DNA of 64,000 bases from Candidatus Acidiferrales bacterium (lineage in GTDB: Bacteria; Acidobacteriota; Terriglobia; Acidiferrales; UBA7541), in assembly GCA_050012235.1 (NCBI GenBank), contig JBEKHP010000015.1, positions 3,007 through 67,006 on the forward strand, given 5' to 3'. Made by a program: the position numbers and the translations under genes. Below, piece after piece: positions 10,543-21,232 of this stretch. The notes under the pieces are model-generated. The model had not been told where the DNA came from. It made no database searches and was given only the letters and a program-made list of their open reading frames with translations. The stretch's first letter is position 1. The number at the start of each line of letters is the position of its first letter.

Positions 10543-11310
10543 GTGCGCAGGCGCTTCTTCACTGACCGTTTCGAATCGGATTCCGCTATATTGCGCGGGG
10601 ATACCGCCGAACATCTGGGGCGCGTGCTGCGCGCCGAGCCGGGGCAACTTTACGAGCTGAGCGATGGCGAGCGAGTTTGGCTGGCGCGAGTGGATAAAGT
10701 GTCGTCATCGAAGCGCAGCGGGAGCCAGATCGAATTTACTTTGATGGAGGAAATCGAAGAGCGCGAGGCCGCGCTGCGGATGCAGCTTCTAATTTCGCTG
10801 GTGAAATTCGAGCGGTTCGAGTGGTGCTTGGAAAAGGCGACAGAGCTTGGCGTGAGCGAGATCGTGGTGCTCGCGGCGGCGCGTACGGACAAACCGCTTC
10901 TTGCCGCAGTTCCCAAGCGGCGAGCGCGTTGGGAGAAACTTTTACTCGAATCCGCGCAGCAATGCCGGCGGCTGCGTCCTCCAATTCTGCGGACCGCGCT
11001 GGATGCGGCGCGAGGCGGCAAGCTTTCCGGCGCGATTCGTCCTGCGGATGCATTTTCACAGGCGAACGCTGCTTGCAAACTTGTTTTGTCTGAACGGCGC
11101 GATGCGAAACTAATGCGCGACGCGTTGACTGTTTACGCGGAACCGTCGGCTAGCCTGGCGATTGGGCCGGAAGGCGGGTGGACGGATGAAGAACTAGCAG
11201 CAGCGCGTGTGGCGGATTTTGTGGAAGCGTCGCTGGGGCGGAATATTTTGCGGACGGAAACGGCGGTGGTGGCTGCGCTGGCTGTTTTGGGATTCACGCT
11301 GGGTGAATAA
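10543..11310 (+). CDS. rsmE: 16S rRNA (uracil1498-N3)-methyltransferase RsmE
   Basis: MRRRFF start, PUA-like N-terminus, and the C-terminal SPOUT motif GPEGGWTDEEL...LGRNILRTETA. GTG start. Confidence 0.88.
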   Translation: MRRRFFTDRFESDSAILRGDTAEHLGRVLRAEPGQLYELSDGERVWLARVDKVSSSKRSGSQIEFTLMEEIEEREAALRMQLLISLVKFERFEWCLEKATELGVSEIVVLAAARTDKPLLAAVPKRRARWEKLLLESAQQCRRLRPPILRTALDAARGGKLSGAIRPADAFSQANAACKLVLSERRDAKLMRDALTVYAEPSASLAIGPEGGWTDEELAAARVADFVEASLGRNILRTETAVVAALAVLGFTLGE

Positions 11311-11379
11311 AATGCCGAGAGGCCGTCGCGACGAGTTGGCGAGGGCGGGGTTGGCGTGTTATAAATAATTAGGCGAAGA

Positions 11380-11982
11380 ATGTTTGAGACTCCTCATCCT
11401 GAGCAGGCGAATCCGGCGGACAACGGGCGTATTCCTCAATTGGGGCGCGAGCTGCGGAGTTGGACGCGCGATCTGGCGGTAGCGCTGGGGCTTGCACTCG
11501 TCATCATTATTTTTCTCTACCAGCCGGTGAAGGTGGAAGGCACCAGCATGGCGCCGCTGCTGAGCGATCAGGAGCGAATTTTCATCAACAAATTTGTCTA
11601 TCGATTTGAACCGATCGAGCGCGGAGACGTGGTCGTTTTTTGGTATCCGCTGGACAAATCGAAGTCGTTCATCAAGCGTGTGATCGGCTTGCCGGGAGAA
11701 ACGATCGAATTGCGCGGCGGGCGGCTTTACGTTAACGGCACGGAGCAGAAGGAAATTTATATTCCGCCGAGCTATCTGGATGGTTCGAGCTACGGGCCGA
11801 TAACGATTCCCGTGGGAAATTATTTTGTGATGGGGGATCATCGGGATAGCTCGAATGATTCGCGGGTGTTCGGACCTGTCGGAAGGCCGTACATTTACGG
11901 GAAAGCAGTGTTCGCGTACTGGCCCGTGGATCATTTTGGATCGTTGACGATGTCATCAACGGTAAACGCGGCATCACGATGA
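11380..11982 (+). CDS. lepB: Signal peptidase I
   Basis: Catalytic Ser box VEGTSMAPLL, Lys box FIKRVIGLPGE, and box E MGDHRDSSNDSR. Confidence 0.95.
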   Translation: MFETPHPEQANPADNGRIPQLGRELRSWTRDLAVALGLALVIIIFLYQPVKVEGTSMAPLLSDQERIFINKFVYRFEPIERGDVVVFWYPLDKSKSFIKRVIGLPGETIELRGGRLYVNGTEQKEIYIPPSYLDGSSYGPITIPVGNYFVMGDHRDSSNDSRVFGPVGRPYIYGKAVFAYWPVDHFGSLTMSSTVNAASR

Positions 11983-11985
11983 ACT

Positions 11986-13179
11986 TTGGAGGACACACTG
12001 ACGCAAGACCCGGCAGGCCGCGCGATTCTCGCGCTAGAAGACGGGCGAGTATTTAAGGGCCGCGCGGCGGGCGCACGAACGCGCCGCGGCGGAGAAGTCG
12101 TTTTCAATACCAGTATTACCGGGTATCAGGAAGTTTTCACCGATCCGAGTTATTCCGGCCAAATAGTCTGCCTGACGTATCCGCACATCGGGAACGTGGG
12201 CACGAATCTCGACGACGAAGAATCCACGAAACCTTACATCGAAGGATTGATTACGCGGGAATTCTCTGCGCTGGCGTCCAATTGGCGTTCGAGCGAAACA
12301 GCGCAGGCTTACCTGGAGCGTTACGGAGTACCGGTGATTTGGGATGTGGATACGCGCGCGCTGGTACGGCATCTGCGGGATGTTGGCGCGTTACGCGGAG
12401 TGGTGGCGACGGACGGCACGGCGGAAGAGAAACTTATCGCGGAGGCTCGCGCTTTGCCGACGATGGCGGGGCTCGAGCTCGCGAGCCGGGTGACGTCGAA
12501 GAAAAAGTACGAATGGAGCCGCGGTTCGATTGATCTTGATGCGGCGCAAACGGCGAGTGTTGGTGCGCCCGCAGCGGGCAGGGCAAAGGGCGTAGGTTCG
12601 GGCGCAGAGCCACGTTATAAAGTGGTGGCGTATGATTTTGGAATCAAGCAAAACATTTTGCGATTGCTGGTGGACTACGGGTGCGACGTGACGGTGGTGC
12701 CGGCGCAGACTTCAGCCGAGGATGTGCTGGCACTCAAGCCACAGGGCGTTTTTCTTTCGAATGGGCCGGGGGACCCGGAGCCTATCGGGTACGCGGTGGG
12801 CAATATTCGCAAGATGCTGGGGCGCGTTCCGATTTTTGGAATTTGTTTGGGGCACCAGCTCTGCGGGCTGGCGCTTGGCGGGCGCACGTTCAAGCTGAAG
12901 TTCGGGCATCATGGCTCGAATCATCCGGTGCAGAATTTGCGGACGCGAAAGGTGGAGATTACGTCGCAGAACCACGGGTTTTGCGTGGACCCGGATTCGC
13001 TGCCAGCGAGCGACGTGGAGATTACGCACGTGAATTTGAACGATCATACGAACGAAGGAATGCGGCACCGGTCGCTGCCGTTGTTTAGCGTGCAGTATCA
13101 TCCGGAGGCTTCGCCTGGGCCGCATGATGCGCGGTATTTGTTCGATGATTTTATTTCGCTGATGAAAGAAGGTGTATGA
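11986..13179 (+). CDS. carA: Carbamoyl-phosphate synthase small (glutaminase) subunit CarA
   Basis: The motifs VFNTSITGYQEVFTDPSYSGQIV, GICLGHQL (catalytic Cys) and QYHPEASPGPHD are present. TTG start, so the exact start is uncertain. Confidence 0.95.
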   Translation: MEDTLTQDPAGRAILALEDGRVFKGRAAGARTRRGGEVVFNTSITGYQEVFTDPSYSGQIVCLTYPHIGNVGTNLDDEESTKPYIEGLITREFSALASNWRSSETAQAYLERYGVPVIWDVDTRALVRHLRDVGALRGVVATDGTAEEKLIAEARALPTMAGLELASRVTSKKKYEWSRGSIDLDAAQTASVGAPAAGRAKGVGSGAEPRYKVVAYDFGIKQNILRLLVDYGCDVTVVPAQTSAEDVLALKPQGVFLSNGPGDPEPIGYAVGNIRKMLGRVPIFGICLGHQLCGLALGGRTFKLKFGHHGSNHPVQNLRTRKVEITSQNHGFCVDPDSLPASDVEITHVNLNDHTNEGMRHRSLPLFSVQYHPEASPGPHDARYLFDDFISLMKEGV

Positions 13180-13222
13180 AGCGTTGCGCATCGGTATAGG
13201 CATGCGAGCGAAATACAAGCAA

Positions 13223-13736
13223 CCTGTCATTCCGAGCGCAGCGAGGAATCTGTTCTTGCGATGGAAAGGCGTTACCACACATACCTTATGGCTAGCCTCT
13301 CGCGGAGAGTGTATGTGGGCGTGACCAACAATCTGATTCGAAGAACACTTGAACATAAGCAGGGGAGAGTGGTGGGATTCACGGAAAAGTATCGGATCAA
13401 CCGGCTCGTTTACTTTGAGTCTTTTCAGTATGTGCGCGATGCGATCGCGAGGGAGAAAGAGATTAAGGGTTGGCGACGGTCAAGGAAAGTCGCGCTGATT
13501 GAAGCGGGGAACCCGACGTGGGCGGACCTCGCGGAGGGCTGGGGGCCGGGAGATTTGAAAGAGAGCAGATCCCTCGCCTAAAACCAGGCTCGGGATGACA
13601 GGGTTGTGGTGGTGGGATCGACCTAGGATGGGTCGAAGCGGGCCAGCAAGAAGTTCAGACCTCGCGGAGAGTTGGACGGCTGGGAGGTTTGAGAGAGAAC
13701 AGATCCCTCGCCTAAAGGCGGGCTCGGGATGACAGG
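13223..13736 (+). mobile_element. Putative selfish GIY-YIG cassette bounded by inverted hairpin repeats, lodged between carA and carB
   Basis: Left end is CCTGTCATTCCGAGCgcaGCGAGGAATCTG (13223-13252). Right end 13566-13602 reads, reverse-complemented, CCTGTCATCCCGAGCCtggttttaGGCGAGGGATCTG. A second right end lies at 13700-13736. The enclosed ORF is a GIY-YIG nuclease. Confidence 0.45.
13261..13581 (+). CDS. GIY-YIG nuclease family protein (YhbQ/UPF0213-like), 106 aa
   Basis: Motifs are YHTYLMAS..RVYVGVTNNLIRRTLEHK (GIY...YIG equivalent), KYRINRLVYFE, and REKEIKGWRRSRK. This is a typical small stand-alone GIY-YIG protein. Confidence 0.85.
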   Translation: MERRYHTYLMASLSRRVYVGVTNNLIRRTLEHKQGRVVGFTEKYRINRLVYFESFQYVRDAIAREKEIKGWRRSRKVALIEAGNPTWADLAEGWGPGDLKESRSLA

Positions 13737-13790
13737 TTTGTGGTGGTGGGATCGACCGAGGATTGGCCGAAGTGGGCGCAGGTCGACTGG
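13525..13790. repeat. Tandem direct duplication (2 copies, period about 133 bp) of the 3-prime end of the GIY-YIG ORF plus the right hairpin
   Basis: Copy 1 starts at 13525 with GACCTCGCGGAGGGCTGGGGGCCGGGAGATTTGAAAGAGAGCAGATCCCTCGCCTAAAACCAGGCTCGGGATGACAGGGTTGTGGTGGTGGGATCGACC. Copy 2 starts at 13658 with GACCTCGCGGAGAGTTGGACGGCTGGGAGGTTTGAGAGAGAACAGATCCCTCGCCTAAAGGCGGGCTCGGGATGACAGGTTTGTGGTGGTGGGATCGACC. Confidence 0.85.
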
Positions 13791-13872
13791 GAAGGGCTGA
13801 AGCTGGCGAATGATAATGGACGATGCCGATGCGAGCTGACGTTAATGCGGGAACGAAGAGACACTAGGGAAG

Positions 13873-16800
13873 ATGCCGAAACGGACTGACATTAAGAAAA
13901 TATTGATTATTGGCTCGGGGCCGATTGTGATCGGGCAGGGGTGCGAGTTTGACTACTCGGGGACGCAGGCTTGCAAGGCGCTGCGCTCGGAGGGGTATGA
14001 GGTGGTGCTGGTCAATTCGAATCCGGCGACGATTATGACGGACCCGGGGACCGCGGACCGGACTTACATTGAGCCGCTGGCGAAGGAATATCTGGAGGCG
14101 ATTATTGCGGCGGAGCGGCCGGACGCGTTGCTGCCGACGGTCGGAGGGCAGACGGGACTGAATCTTGCGGTGGAGTTGGCGGAAGCGGGGATTCTCGAAA
14201 AATATAATGTGAAGCTGATTGGCGCGTCGCTGAAGGCCATCAAGATTGCGGAAGACCGGCTGCTCTTTAAAAATGTGTGCCGCGAAATTGGGCTGGAAGT
14301 GCCCGCGTCGGAAGTGGTGACTACGATTCCTGAGGCGGTGCGTCTGGCGGACGAGCTTGGCTATCCGGTGGTGATTCGGCCTTCGTTTACGCTGGGCGGA
14401 ACGGGGGGATCGATTGCGTACAATCGCGAGGAATTTGCCGACCTGATCGCGCGGGCGCTGGACGCCAGTCCGGTGCACCAGGCGCTGATCGAGGAATCGG
14501 CGCTGGGTTGGAAAGAATACGAACTGGAAGTGATGCGCGACGTGCGCGACAACTTCGTGGTGATTTGCTCGATTGAGAATTTCGATCCCATGGGGATTCA
14601 TACCGGCGATTCGATTACGGTCGCTCCGGCGCAGACGCTGACGGATAAGGAATATCAGCGCATGCGTGACGCGGCGGCGGCGATCATTCGCGCGGTGGGA
14701 GTGGAGACGGGCGGATCGAATATTCAGTTTGCCATCCAGCCGGAAACGGGGCGCATGGTGGTGATCGAAATGAATCCGCGCGTTTCACGCAGCTCGGCGC
14801 TGGCGAGCAAGGCGACTGGTTTTCCTATCGCGAAGATTGCGGCCAAGCTGGCGCTGGGGATGACGTTGGATGAAATTCCGAACGACATTACAAAGAAGAC
14901 GCCTTCGTCGTTTGAACCTTCCATTGATTACGTGGTGGTGAAAATTCCGAAGTGGCAATTCGAAAAATTTCCGGGAAGCGATACGACGCTTTCCACGCAG
15001 ATGAAGTCGGTGGGCGAAGTGATGGCGATTGGGCGGACGTTTCAAGAGGCGCTGGGGAAGGGGATTCGGTCGCTTGAGCCGCACACGCCCTGGCGCGCGC
15101 CGGCGGAAGTTTCCACTGCGCTTTTGCGCGAAAAGCTTACCGTGCCGGGGCCGGACCGCATTCATTGGCTGTTTGAGGCTCTTCAACGCGGCATGACTGG
15201 CGAGGAAGTTTGTTCGTTGACGAAGATCGATCCGTGGTTCATCCGCCAGATGATGGAAATGGCGGAAGTGGATCGCCGCGTGAGTGCCGCGAGCTTGGAG
15301 AAAACGTCGGCGGAATTACTTCTGGAAGCGAAACGCTCGGGGACGAGCGATATCGAACTGGCAAAGCTGTGGAACACGACGCCGGACAAGGTGCGCGCGC
15401 GACGGAACGAGTTGGGCGTTCGCCCGGTATTCAAGCGCGTGGATACGTGCGCGGCGGAGTTCGAATCTTTCACGCCCTACCTCTATTCGACGTATGAGGA
15501 AGAGGATGAGACGGGGGCGGTCGAGCGGCCCAAAGTTGTGATTCTTGGCAGCGGGCCGAACCGGATCGGGCAGGGAATCGAATTTGATTATTGCTGCTGC
15601 CACGCGGCATTCGCGTTGAAAGAAGACGGCTACGAGACGGTGATGGTGAATTGTAATCCGGAGACGGTTTCTACGGATTACGACACGTCGGACCGGCTGT
15701 ACTTTGAACCGCTCACCCTGGAGGACGTGCTGGCGGTTCTCGATCGCGAGAAGCCGGAGGGAGTGATCGTGCAATTCGGCGGGCAGACGCCGCTGAATCT
15801 GGCGCTGGAATTGAAACGCAACGGCGCGAAGATTATCGGGACGGATCCGGAGTCGATTGATTTGGCGGAAGACAGGCGGCGATTCGGTGAGTTGCTGAAC
15901 GAATTAAAAATTCCGCAGCCGCGCGCAGGGACGGCGCTGACGCCTCAGGAAGCGGTGAAAGTTGCAACGGAGATTGGGCTACCTGTGCTGGTGCGGCCGA
16001 GCTACGTGCTGGGCGGGCGCGCAATGGTGATTGCGTACGATTTGAAGACGGTGGAAGAGTATGTGGCGCAGGCGGCGCTAATCGGAACAGCTTCGGACCC
16101 GAAGCGGCCGATCCTGATCGATCAATTTCTCGAAGACGCGACCGAAGTGGATGTGGATGCGCTGGCCGATGGCGAGGATGTGGTGATCGCGGCGATTATG
16201 GAACACATTGAGGAAGCGGGAATTCATTCGGGGGATTCTTCGTGCGTGCTGCCGTCGGTGACGCTGAAGCCTTCGATTCTGGAAAAGATTCGCGAATATA
16301 CTTCGCGGCTGGCCCGCGCTTTGAACGTGGTGGGACTGATGAACGTGCAATACGCGATCCAGCGGGACACGGTGTACGTGCTGGAGGTGAACCCGCGGGC
16401 GTCACGAACGGTTCCATATGTGAGCAAGGCGACGGGCGTGCCGCTGGCGAAAGTAGCTGCGCGGTTGATGACCGGGCGCAAGCTGCGCGATTTGAAGCTT
16501 CCGTGCATCGAAACGAAAGGCGTGAAGGAACTCTCGGTCGGCAATTTCTATGCGGTGAAGTCGCCGGTTTTTCCCTTCAACAAATTCCGCGGAGTTGACA
16601 CGATTTTGGGGCCGGAAATGCGCTCGACCGGCGAAGTGATGGGCATCGCTTCCACGTTTGGATTGGCCTTCGCAAAAGCGCAACTTGCAGCGGGACAGCG
16701 GTTGCCGCTCAAAGGAACTGTGTTTCTGAGTGTGAACGATCATGACAAGAGGCACCTCGCGTTTGTTGTGCAGGACCTGTTGGCGGCGGGGCTGAAGGTG

Positions 16801-17136
16801 GTGGGCACGCGAGGTACGGCAGCGGCGTTGGCCAGCGCGGGAATCGAGATTGAGTCTGTTTACAAAGTGAATGAGGGCAGGCCGAACATTGTGGATTTGA
16901 TCAAGACCGGAAAGATCGATCTGGTGATCAACACTCCGCTGGGGCGGGAATCTTTCTGGGACGAAAAATCCATTCGGCGGGCTGCGATTCGTTACAACAT
17001 TGCTTGCATTACAACTCTTTCGGCGGCAAGCGCCGCGGCGCGAGGGATTCGGGCGATGGCGGGGCACGCGGCTGATGTCGGCGCGCTGCAGGATCTACAC
17101 CGGCGCAAGAGTGCGGCGGCTGCGGAGCGCAAGTAG
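13873..17136 (+). CDS. carB: Carbamoyl-phosphate synthase large subunit CarB
   Basis: 1087 aa with two ATP-grasp halves ([24 protein letters not shown] and [24 protein letters not shown]) and a C-terminal MGS-like domain. Confidence 0.98.
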   Translation: MPKRTDIKKILIIGSGPIVIGQGCEFDYSGTQACKALRSEGYEVVLVNSNPATIMTDPGTADRTYIEPLAKEYLEAIIAAERPDALLPTVGGQTGLNLAVELAEAGILEKYNVKLIGASLKAIKIAEDRLLFKNVCREIGLEVPASEVVTTIPEAVRLADELGYPVVIRPSFTLGGTGGSIAYNREEFADLIARALDASPVHQALIEESALGWKEYELEVMRDVRDNFVVICSIENFDPMGIHTGDSITVAPAQTLTDKEYQRMRDAAAAIIRAVGVETGGSNIQFAIQPETGRMVVIEMNPRVSRSSALASKATGFPIAKIAAKLALGMTLDEIPNDITKKTPSSFEPSIDYVVVKIPKWQFEKFPGSDTTLSTQMKSVGEVMAIGRTFQEALGKGIRSLEPHTPWRAPAEVSTALLREKLTVPGPDRIHWLFEALQRGMTGEEVCSLTKIDPWFIRQMMEMAEVDRRVSAASLEKTSAELLLEAKRSGTSDIELAKLWNTTPDKVRARRNELGVRPVFKRVDTCAAEFESFTPYLYSTYEEEDETGAVERPKVVILGSGPNRIGQGIEFDYCCCHAAFALKEDGYETVMVNCNPETVSTDYDTSDRLYFEPLTLEDVLAVLDREKPEGVIVQFGGQTPLNLALELKRNGAKIIGTDPESIDLAEDRRRFGELLNELKIPQPRAGTALTPQEAVKVATEIGLPVLVRPSYVLGGRAMVIAYDLKTVEEYVAQAALIGTASDPKRPILIDQFLEDATEVDVDALADGEDVVIAAIMEHIEEAGIHSGDSSCVLPSVTLKPSILEKIREYTSRLARALNVVGLMNVQYAIQRDTVYVLEVNPRASRTVPYVSKATGVPLAKVAARLMTGRKLRDLKLPCIETKGVKELSVGNFYAVKSPVFPFNKFRGVDTILGPEMRSTGEVMGIASTFGLAFAKAQLAAGQRLPLKGTVFLSVNDHDKRHLAFVVQDLLAAGLKVVGTRGTAAALASAGIEIESVYKVNEGRPNIVDLIKTGKIDLVINTPLGRESFWDEKSIRRAAIRYNIACITTLSAASAAARGIRAMAGHAADVGALQDLHRRKSAAAAERK

Positions 17137-17203
17137 GGCGTTTGCGGCGAGCCTTCGAGACTCTAAACCCTAAAATCTTAGCTCGCTCTTGATATAAAAT
17201 AAC

Positions 17204-18106
17204 GTGGTGAAACTTCAGGGCATTTTTGCGCCGCTTACTACTCCGTTCGAGTCTGACGGCAGCGTCTCGCTTTCGCACCTGCGCGACAACATCAAGCGTT
17301 ACAACCAGACAGGGCTCGCAGGATATGCGATCAATGGTTCGACCAGCGAGTCTGTTCTGCTGCGCTGGGATGAGGTTTACCGCGTCTGGGAGACTGCGCG
17401 GGAAGCTGCGGAGCCGAATAAAATCCTGATCGCGGGTACGGGGGCGGAATCCACGGCAGAGACAATCGAGCACACGAATCGCGCGGCGTCGCTCGGCTAT
17501 GCTGTGGGGCTGGTGCGCACGCCGAGTTTTTATAAGCCGGCCATGTCGGAAGATGCGCTGGCCGAGCATTACCTGCGAGTGGCGGACGCGGCGCGCATTC
17601 CCATTCTGGTTTACTCCGTGCCGATTTTCACGCACGTCACTGTGGAAGCGCCGCTAATCGCGCGAGTCTCCCAGCACGCCAATATTATTGGAATGAAAGA
17701 CAGCTCGGGAAACGTGCAGGGCGTCGCCGATATTATTGCGGCGGCGCGGAAAGGGTTTCAGACGCTGGTGGGCTCGGCTTCCACTCTCTACGAATCGCTG
17801 GAAAAAGGCGCTGTAGGAGCAATTCTCGCTTTGGCCTGCGCGTTTCCGGAGTTGTGTGTGGAGATTTACGAAGCCTCGCGCGGGGGCGAGCGCGCCAAGG
17901 CGCATTCACTGGCGCAACAGCTTATCGCACCGGCAAAAATGTTCGGCCCGCAATACGGAATCCCGGGCTTGAAATACGCGCTCGATCGAATGGGCTACTT
18001 TGGGGGCCCGCCGCGCCGGCCGCTTCTTCCAGTTGGTGAATCTGCCCGCCATGAAATTGACGCTTTGTTGTCGAATCTCACGGCTCAAACCGCGCATCTG
18101 TTGTAG
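17204..18106 (+). CDS. Dihydrodipicolinate synthase (DapA/NAL) family class I aldolase; exact substrate not assignable
   Basis: GIFAPLTTPF..., INGSTSE, and the Schiff-base lysine context IIGMKDSSGN. GTG start. Confidence 0.85.
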   Translation: MVKLQGIFAPLTTPFESDGSVSLSHLRDNIKRYNQTGLAGYAINGSTSESVLLRWDEVYRVWETAREAAEPNKILIAGTGAESTAETIEHTNRAASLGYAVGLVRTPSFYKPAMSEDALAEHYLRVADAARIPILVYSVPIFTHVTVEAPLIARVSQHANIIGMKDSSGNVQGVADIIAAARKGFQTLVGSASTLYESLEKGAVGAILALACAFPELCVEIYEASRGGERAKAHSLAQQLIAPAKMFGPQYGIPGLKYALDRMGYFGGPPRRPLLPVGESARHEIDALLSNLTAQTAHLL

Positions 18107-18289
18107 TGGTAGTCGCGTGTAGTTGGCCCGATCTATGAAATGCGTTTATGCGGACAAGCGTGCGGAGCCGGCATTGAGGCGAGTTAGGCACACTGTACGC
18201 CTGCATTTCTTTTTTGCTAACTTCCCGAGGCTGCGCTCGTCCGACTGTCTTGGCTGCGAACGATGTGCGCGTGTATCATGAAATCCTCC

Positions 18290-19900
18290 ATGGAGTCCCA
18301 CTGTCTTCGGTTCAGCGAAATCCCACATACCACAAAACTATTTTCAAGCTTCGTGGAGGATTTCGCTCGCGTGGCGCGGTACTTCGAGCAGCCGCCCACG
18401 ATGGCGGGAATCGTTGCGGCTGCACGCAAGGTCGCTCTATCTCCGCAAGTGCGGAGTGGCGTTGTGGACGTCTTGCGCGAGCAAAACCGCGCGTTTGGAG
18501 TTGGGGCGGACACGTTTGCGAACCTCGACCGCCTCGCGGGCGGAGCAGCGGCAATAGTCACCGGGCAACAGGTGGGCTTGTTTACCGGACCTGCTTATAG
18601 CCTCTACAAGGCGATTTCCGCGGTGCGCTATGCGGAAGAAGCTTCGAAAAATGGAGTCGATGCCGTGCCGGTCTTTTGGCTGGCCACCGAAGATCACGAT
18701 TTGGCGGAAATTAATCACGTGGAATGGACCACCGAGGCCGGCTCCGCGCAATTTGAATTGCCCGAAGCCGGAGCTGAGGCAGGACGGCGGGTTGGGGAAA
18801 TAAAACTTGGGGCAGGTATCACGGAGCTGGTGGGAAGGGCAACGGAAAGTCTGCGCGGCGGATTCGCCGAAGAAATAGGGCGGGCTTTGCGGGAATCTTA
18901 CACGCCAGAAGAAACTTACGGTTCGGCGTTCGGGAAATTGATGGCGCGGTTGGTGGCGGGGCGGGGAATTATTTTCCTGGATCCACTGGACCAGCGGCTG
19001 CACCGTTTTTCGGCAAATATTTATCGTCGTGCGTTGGACGATGCGGACTCATTGCGAGACGCGCTCATTGCGCGTTCGAAAGAGCTCGAACACGCCGGGT
19101 TTCACGCGCAGGTGAAAGTGAGCGGCGGATCCACGCTGCTTTTTTACAATGTGGACGGACGCCGAGAGGCGCTGCGAAGCCGTAACGGCAAGTTCTATGC
19201 CGGACATGCGTCGTTTACGTTGGAAGAACTTCGCGCTGCGATTGAAAAGACTCCGGAGGCGTTCACGCCCAACGTCCTGTTGCGACCGATCGTCCAGGAC
19301 ACGCTACTTCCTACCGCCGCGTATATCGCCGGGCCTGCCGAGATCGCTTACATGGCGCAGGCCCAGGTTGTTTACGCAAGACTTCTCGGGCGCATGCCCG
19401 CGATTCTGCCGCGCGCGAGCTTTACGATTGTTGAGCCGCTGGTCGGGCGGAAGCTCGAGAAATTCGGCTTCACAATCACTGACGTTCTACGGGGGCGCCA
19501 GCAGTTGCGGTCGCGCATGGAACAAAAATATTTGCCGCGGGCTCTCACGCGGCGCTTTGATGCCGGCGAAAAGGCGTTGCGGCGACTGATGAAATCATTC
19601 CGCAATCCACTTGAGAAGCTTGACCGCACGCTGATTGACGCGCTGGATTCCGCCGAGGGCAAGATGCTCCACCAGTTCGGCAAAATAAAGGGTAAAGCCG
19701 GGCGCGCTGAAAATGAGCGAAGAAACGTTCTCGACCGGTACGAAAGACTGTTGCTTGATTCGTTGTATCCGCACCGCGGCTTGCAGGAGCGCTCGGCTTC
19801 GCCGTTGCCGTGGATGGCCGGTTATGGCGCGGGTTTCCTGGACGAGCTATCGCGAGTGGTTTCGGTGGAGTCGCAGCAGCATCACATCGTGCGGCTCTGA
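18290..19900 (+). CDS. bshC: Bacillithiol biosynthesis cysteine-adding enzyme BshC
   Basis: VTGQQVGLFTGPAYSLYKAISAV...PVFWLATEDHD is the BshC (YllA) signature. Length is about 536 aa. The ORF track starts at 18263; the MESHCLRF ATG at 18290 seems more likely, but the start is uncertain. Confidence 0.85.
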   Translation: MESHCLRFSEIPHTTKLFSSFVEDFARVARYFEQPPTMAGIVAAARKVALSPQVRSGVVDVLREQNRAFGVGADTFANLDRLAGGAAAIVTGQQVGLFTGPAYSLYKAISAVRYAEEASKNGVDAVPVFWLATEDHDLAEINHVEWTTEAGSAQFELPEAGAEAGRRVGEIKLGAGITELVGRATESLRGGFAEEIGRALRESYTPEETYGSAFGKLMARLVAGRGIIFLDPLDQRLHRFSANIYRRALDDADSLRDALIARSKELEHAGFHAQVKVSGGSTLLFYNVDGRREALRSRNGKFYAGHASFTLEELRAAIEKTPEAFTPNVLLRPIVQDTLLPTAAYIAGPAEIAYMAQAQVVYARLLGRMPAILPRASFTIVEPLVGRKLEKFGFTITDVLRGRQQLRSRMEQKYLPRALTRRFDAGEKALRRLMKSFRNPLEKLDRTLIDALDSAEGKMLHQFGKIKGKAGRAENERRNVLDRYERLLLDSLYPHRGLQERSASPLPWMAGYGAGFLDELSRVVSVESQQHHIVRL

Positions 19901-19967
19901 TTTTGCGGCGCGACGGCCGCCGGGTCGCGTTGCGTACTTCGCGGCATTCCACAGCTTCCAAGTCCCG

Positions 19968-19976
19968 TGCTAGAAT
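19968..19976 (+). promoter_or_regulatory. Extended -10 element TGCTAGAAT upstream of the aldolase gene
   Basis: TGnTAGAAT lies 45 nt upstream of ATG 20021. It is one of several TGnTAGAAT boxes in the window. Confidence 0.35.
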
Positions 19977-20020
19977 GCGCGCTCACGCTCAAACTCGAAA
20001 TATTTTCGGAGGCACACGCA

Positions 20021-21037
20021 ATGAAGATCACGCCGGGCAAACAGAAGGGCATGAAAGCCGTGTCGGATGCGCGCGGAGTAATCGCTGCAGCGGCTATGGA
20101 CCAGCGCGGATCGCTGAAGAGTGCGATCGCGAAGGACAAGGGCATCGATAAAAAAGACGTGACCGCGCAGATGATGGAGGAATTCAAGACCGCAGTGGTG
20201 CGCGTCCTGACGCCACATGCCAGCGCGATACTGCTTGATCCGGAGTACGGTTTGCCGGCGGCGAAAGTGCGCGCGGCGAATGCAGGGTTGCTTTTGGCGT
20301 ATGAAAATAGCGGGTACGACAATACGCGGCCGGGGCGGCTGCCGGACCTGCTCGACGATTGGTCTGTGCGGCGGCTGGTGGCGGCTGGGGCAGACTGCGT
20401 CAAGATTTTGCTGTACTACACGCCGTTCGATCCGGCCGAAGTGAATAACATCAAGCACGCGTGGGTTGAACGCATCGGAGGGGAATGCGTTGCCGCGGAT
20501 GTTCCGTTCTTTCTGGAATTTGTCGGCTACGAAGAAGGGGGCGACGAAAAAAGCGCGGCGTATGCGCGGAAGAAGCCAGAGATCGTTACGCGCAGCATGG
20601 AGGAATTTTCGAAGCCGCAATATGGCGTTGACGTGTTGAAGGTGGAAGTGCCGGTGAACATGGCGTTCGTAGCCGGTTCGAAGGCTTGCAAAGGCGAATC
20701 AGCTTACACGCGAGACCAGGCGAAGGATTATTTCCGGAAAGCTGCTGCGGTCGCGAAAAAGCCGTTTATTTATCTTTCCGCCGGAGTGAACAACGACGTT
20801 TTCGCCGAAACGCTGGAGCTGGCCGCTGAATCCAGCGTAAACTTCTCGGGCGTTTTGTGCGGGCGAGCGACTTGGAAGGAGGGCATTCCCGTTTACGCTA
20901 AGCAAGGGCCGAAAGCTCTGGAGGATTGGCTGCAGGACCAGGGCGTGAAAAACATTAATAACGTGAACTCGAAGCTGTCCGCCGCGAAACCGTGGTTTAG
21001 CTTTTACGGAGCGACGTCAGCGGCAGCTTTATCGTAG
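20021..21037 (+). CDS. Class I tagatose-1,6-bisphosphate aldolase family protein (LacD-like)
   Basis: The N-terminus MKITPGKQKGMKAVSDARGVIAAAAMDQRGSLKSAI resembles LacD. ATG 20021 follows GGAGG, and I prefer it to the ORF-track GTG 19967. Confidence 0.8.
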   Translation: MKITPGKQKGMKAVSDARGVIAAAAMDQRGSLKSAIAKDKGIDKKDVTAQMMEEFKTAVVRVLTPHASAILLDPEYGLPAAKVRAANAGLLLAYENSGYDNTRPGRLPDLLDDWSVRRLVAAGADCVKILLYYTPFDPAEVNNIKHAWVERIGGECVAADVPFFLEFVGYEEGGDEKSAAYARKKPEIVTRSMEEFSKPQYGVDVLKVEVPVNMAFVAGSKACKGESAYTRDQAKDYFRKAAAVAKKPFIYLSAGVNNDVFAETLELAAESSVNFSGVLCGRATWKEGIPVYAKQGPKALEDWLQDQGVKNINNVNSKLSAAKPWFSFYGATSAAALS

Positions 21038-21120
21038 GTTCGAGCTGTTCAACGCGCAAAGACTCACACTGCCTTCTTCGGCCGTTCCGAGCGCGTCATT
21101 TTGTGCTGCTGGGAGAGTGT

Positions 21121-21149
21121 TTGCGGAACGCGCGGGTTTCCGTTAGAAT
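21121..21149 (+). promoter_or_regulatory. Candidate promoter of nfo-leuS
   Basis: TTGCGG (21121-21126), 17 nt, TAGAAT (21144-21149). Confidence 0.35.
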
Positions 21150-21232
21150 TGTTGTTTAAGCGGATGCGCGCGAAGCTGTTGTGTCGCTGCACGTATTTCG
21201 CAGCCTTCTAGGCTCCCGGACACTCAGAGGTA

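Noticed and set aside
14027-14040. tRNA T-loop-like strings (TTCGAATCC in carB; GGTTCGAGC in lepB at about 11812; GGTTCGACC at about 17335)
   Set aside because: All lie inside well-supported coding frames, and no flanking acceptor, D or anticodon stems can be drawn. No tRNA, rRNA, RNase P, SRP or 6S signature strings were found anywhere in the window.
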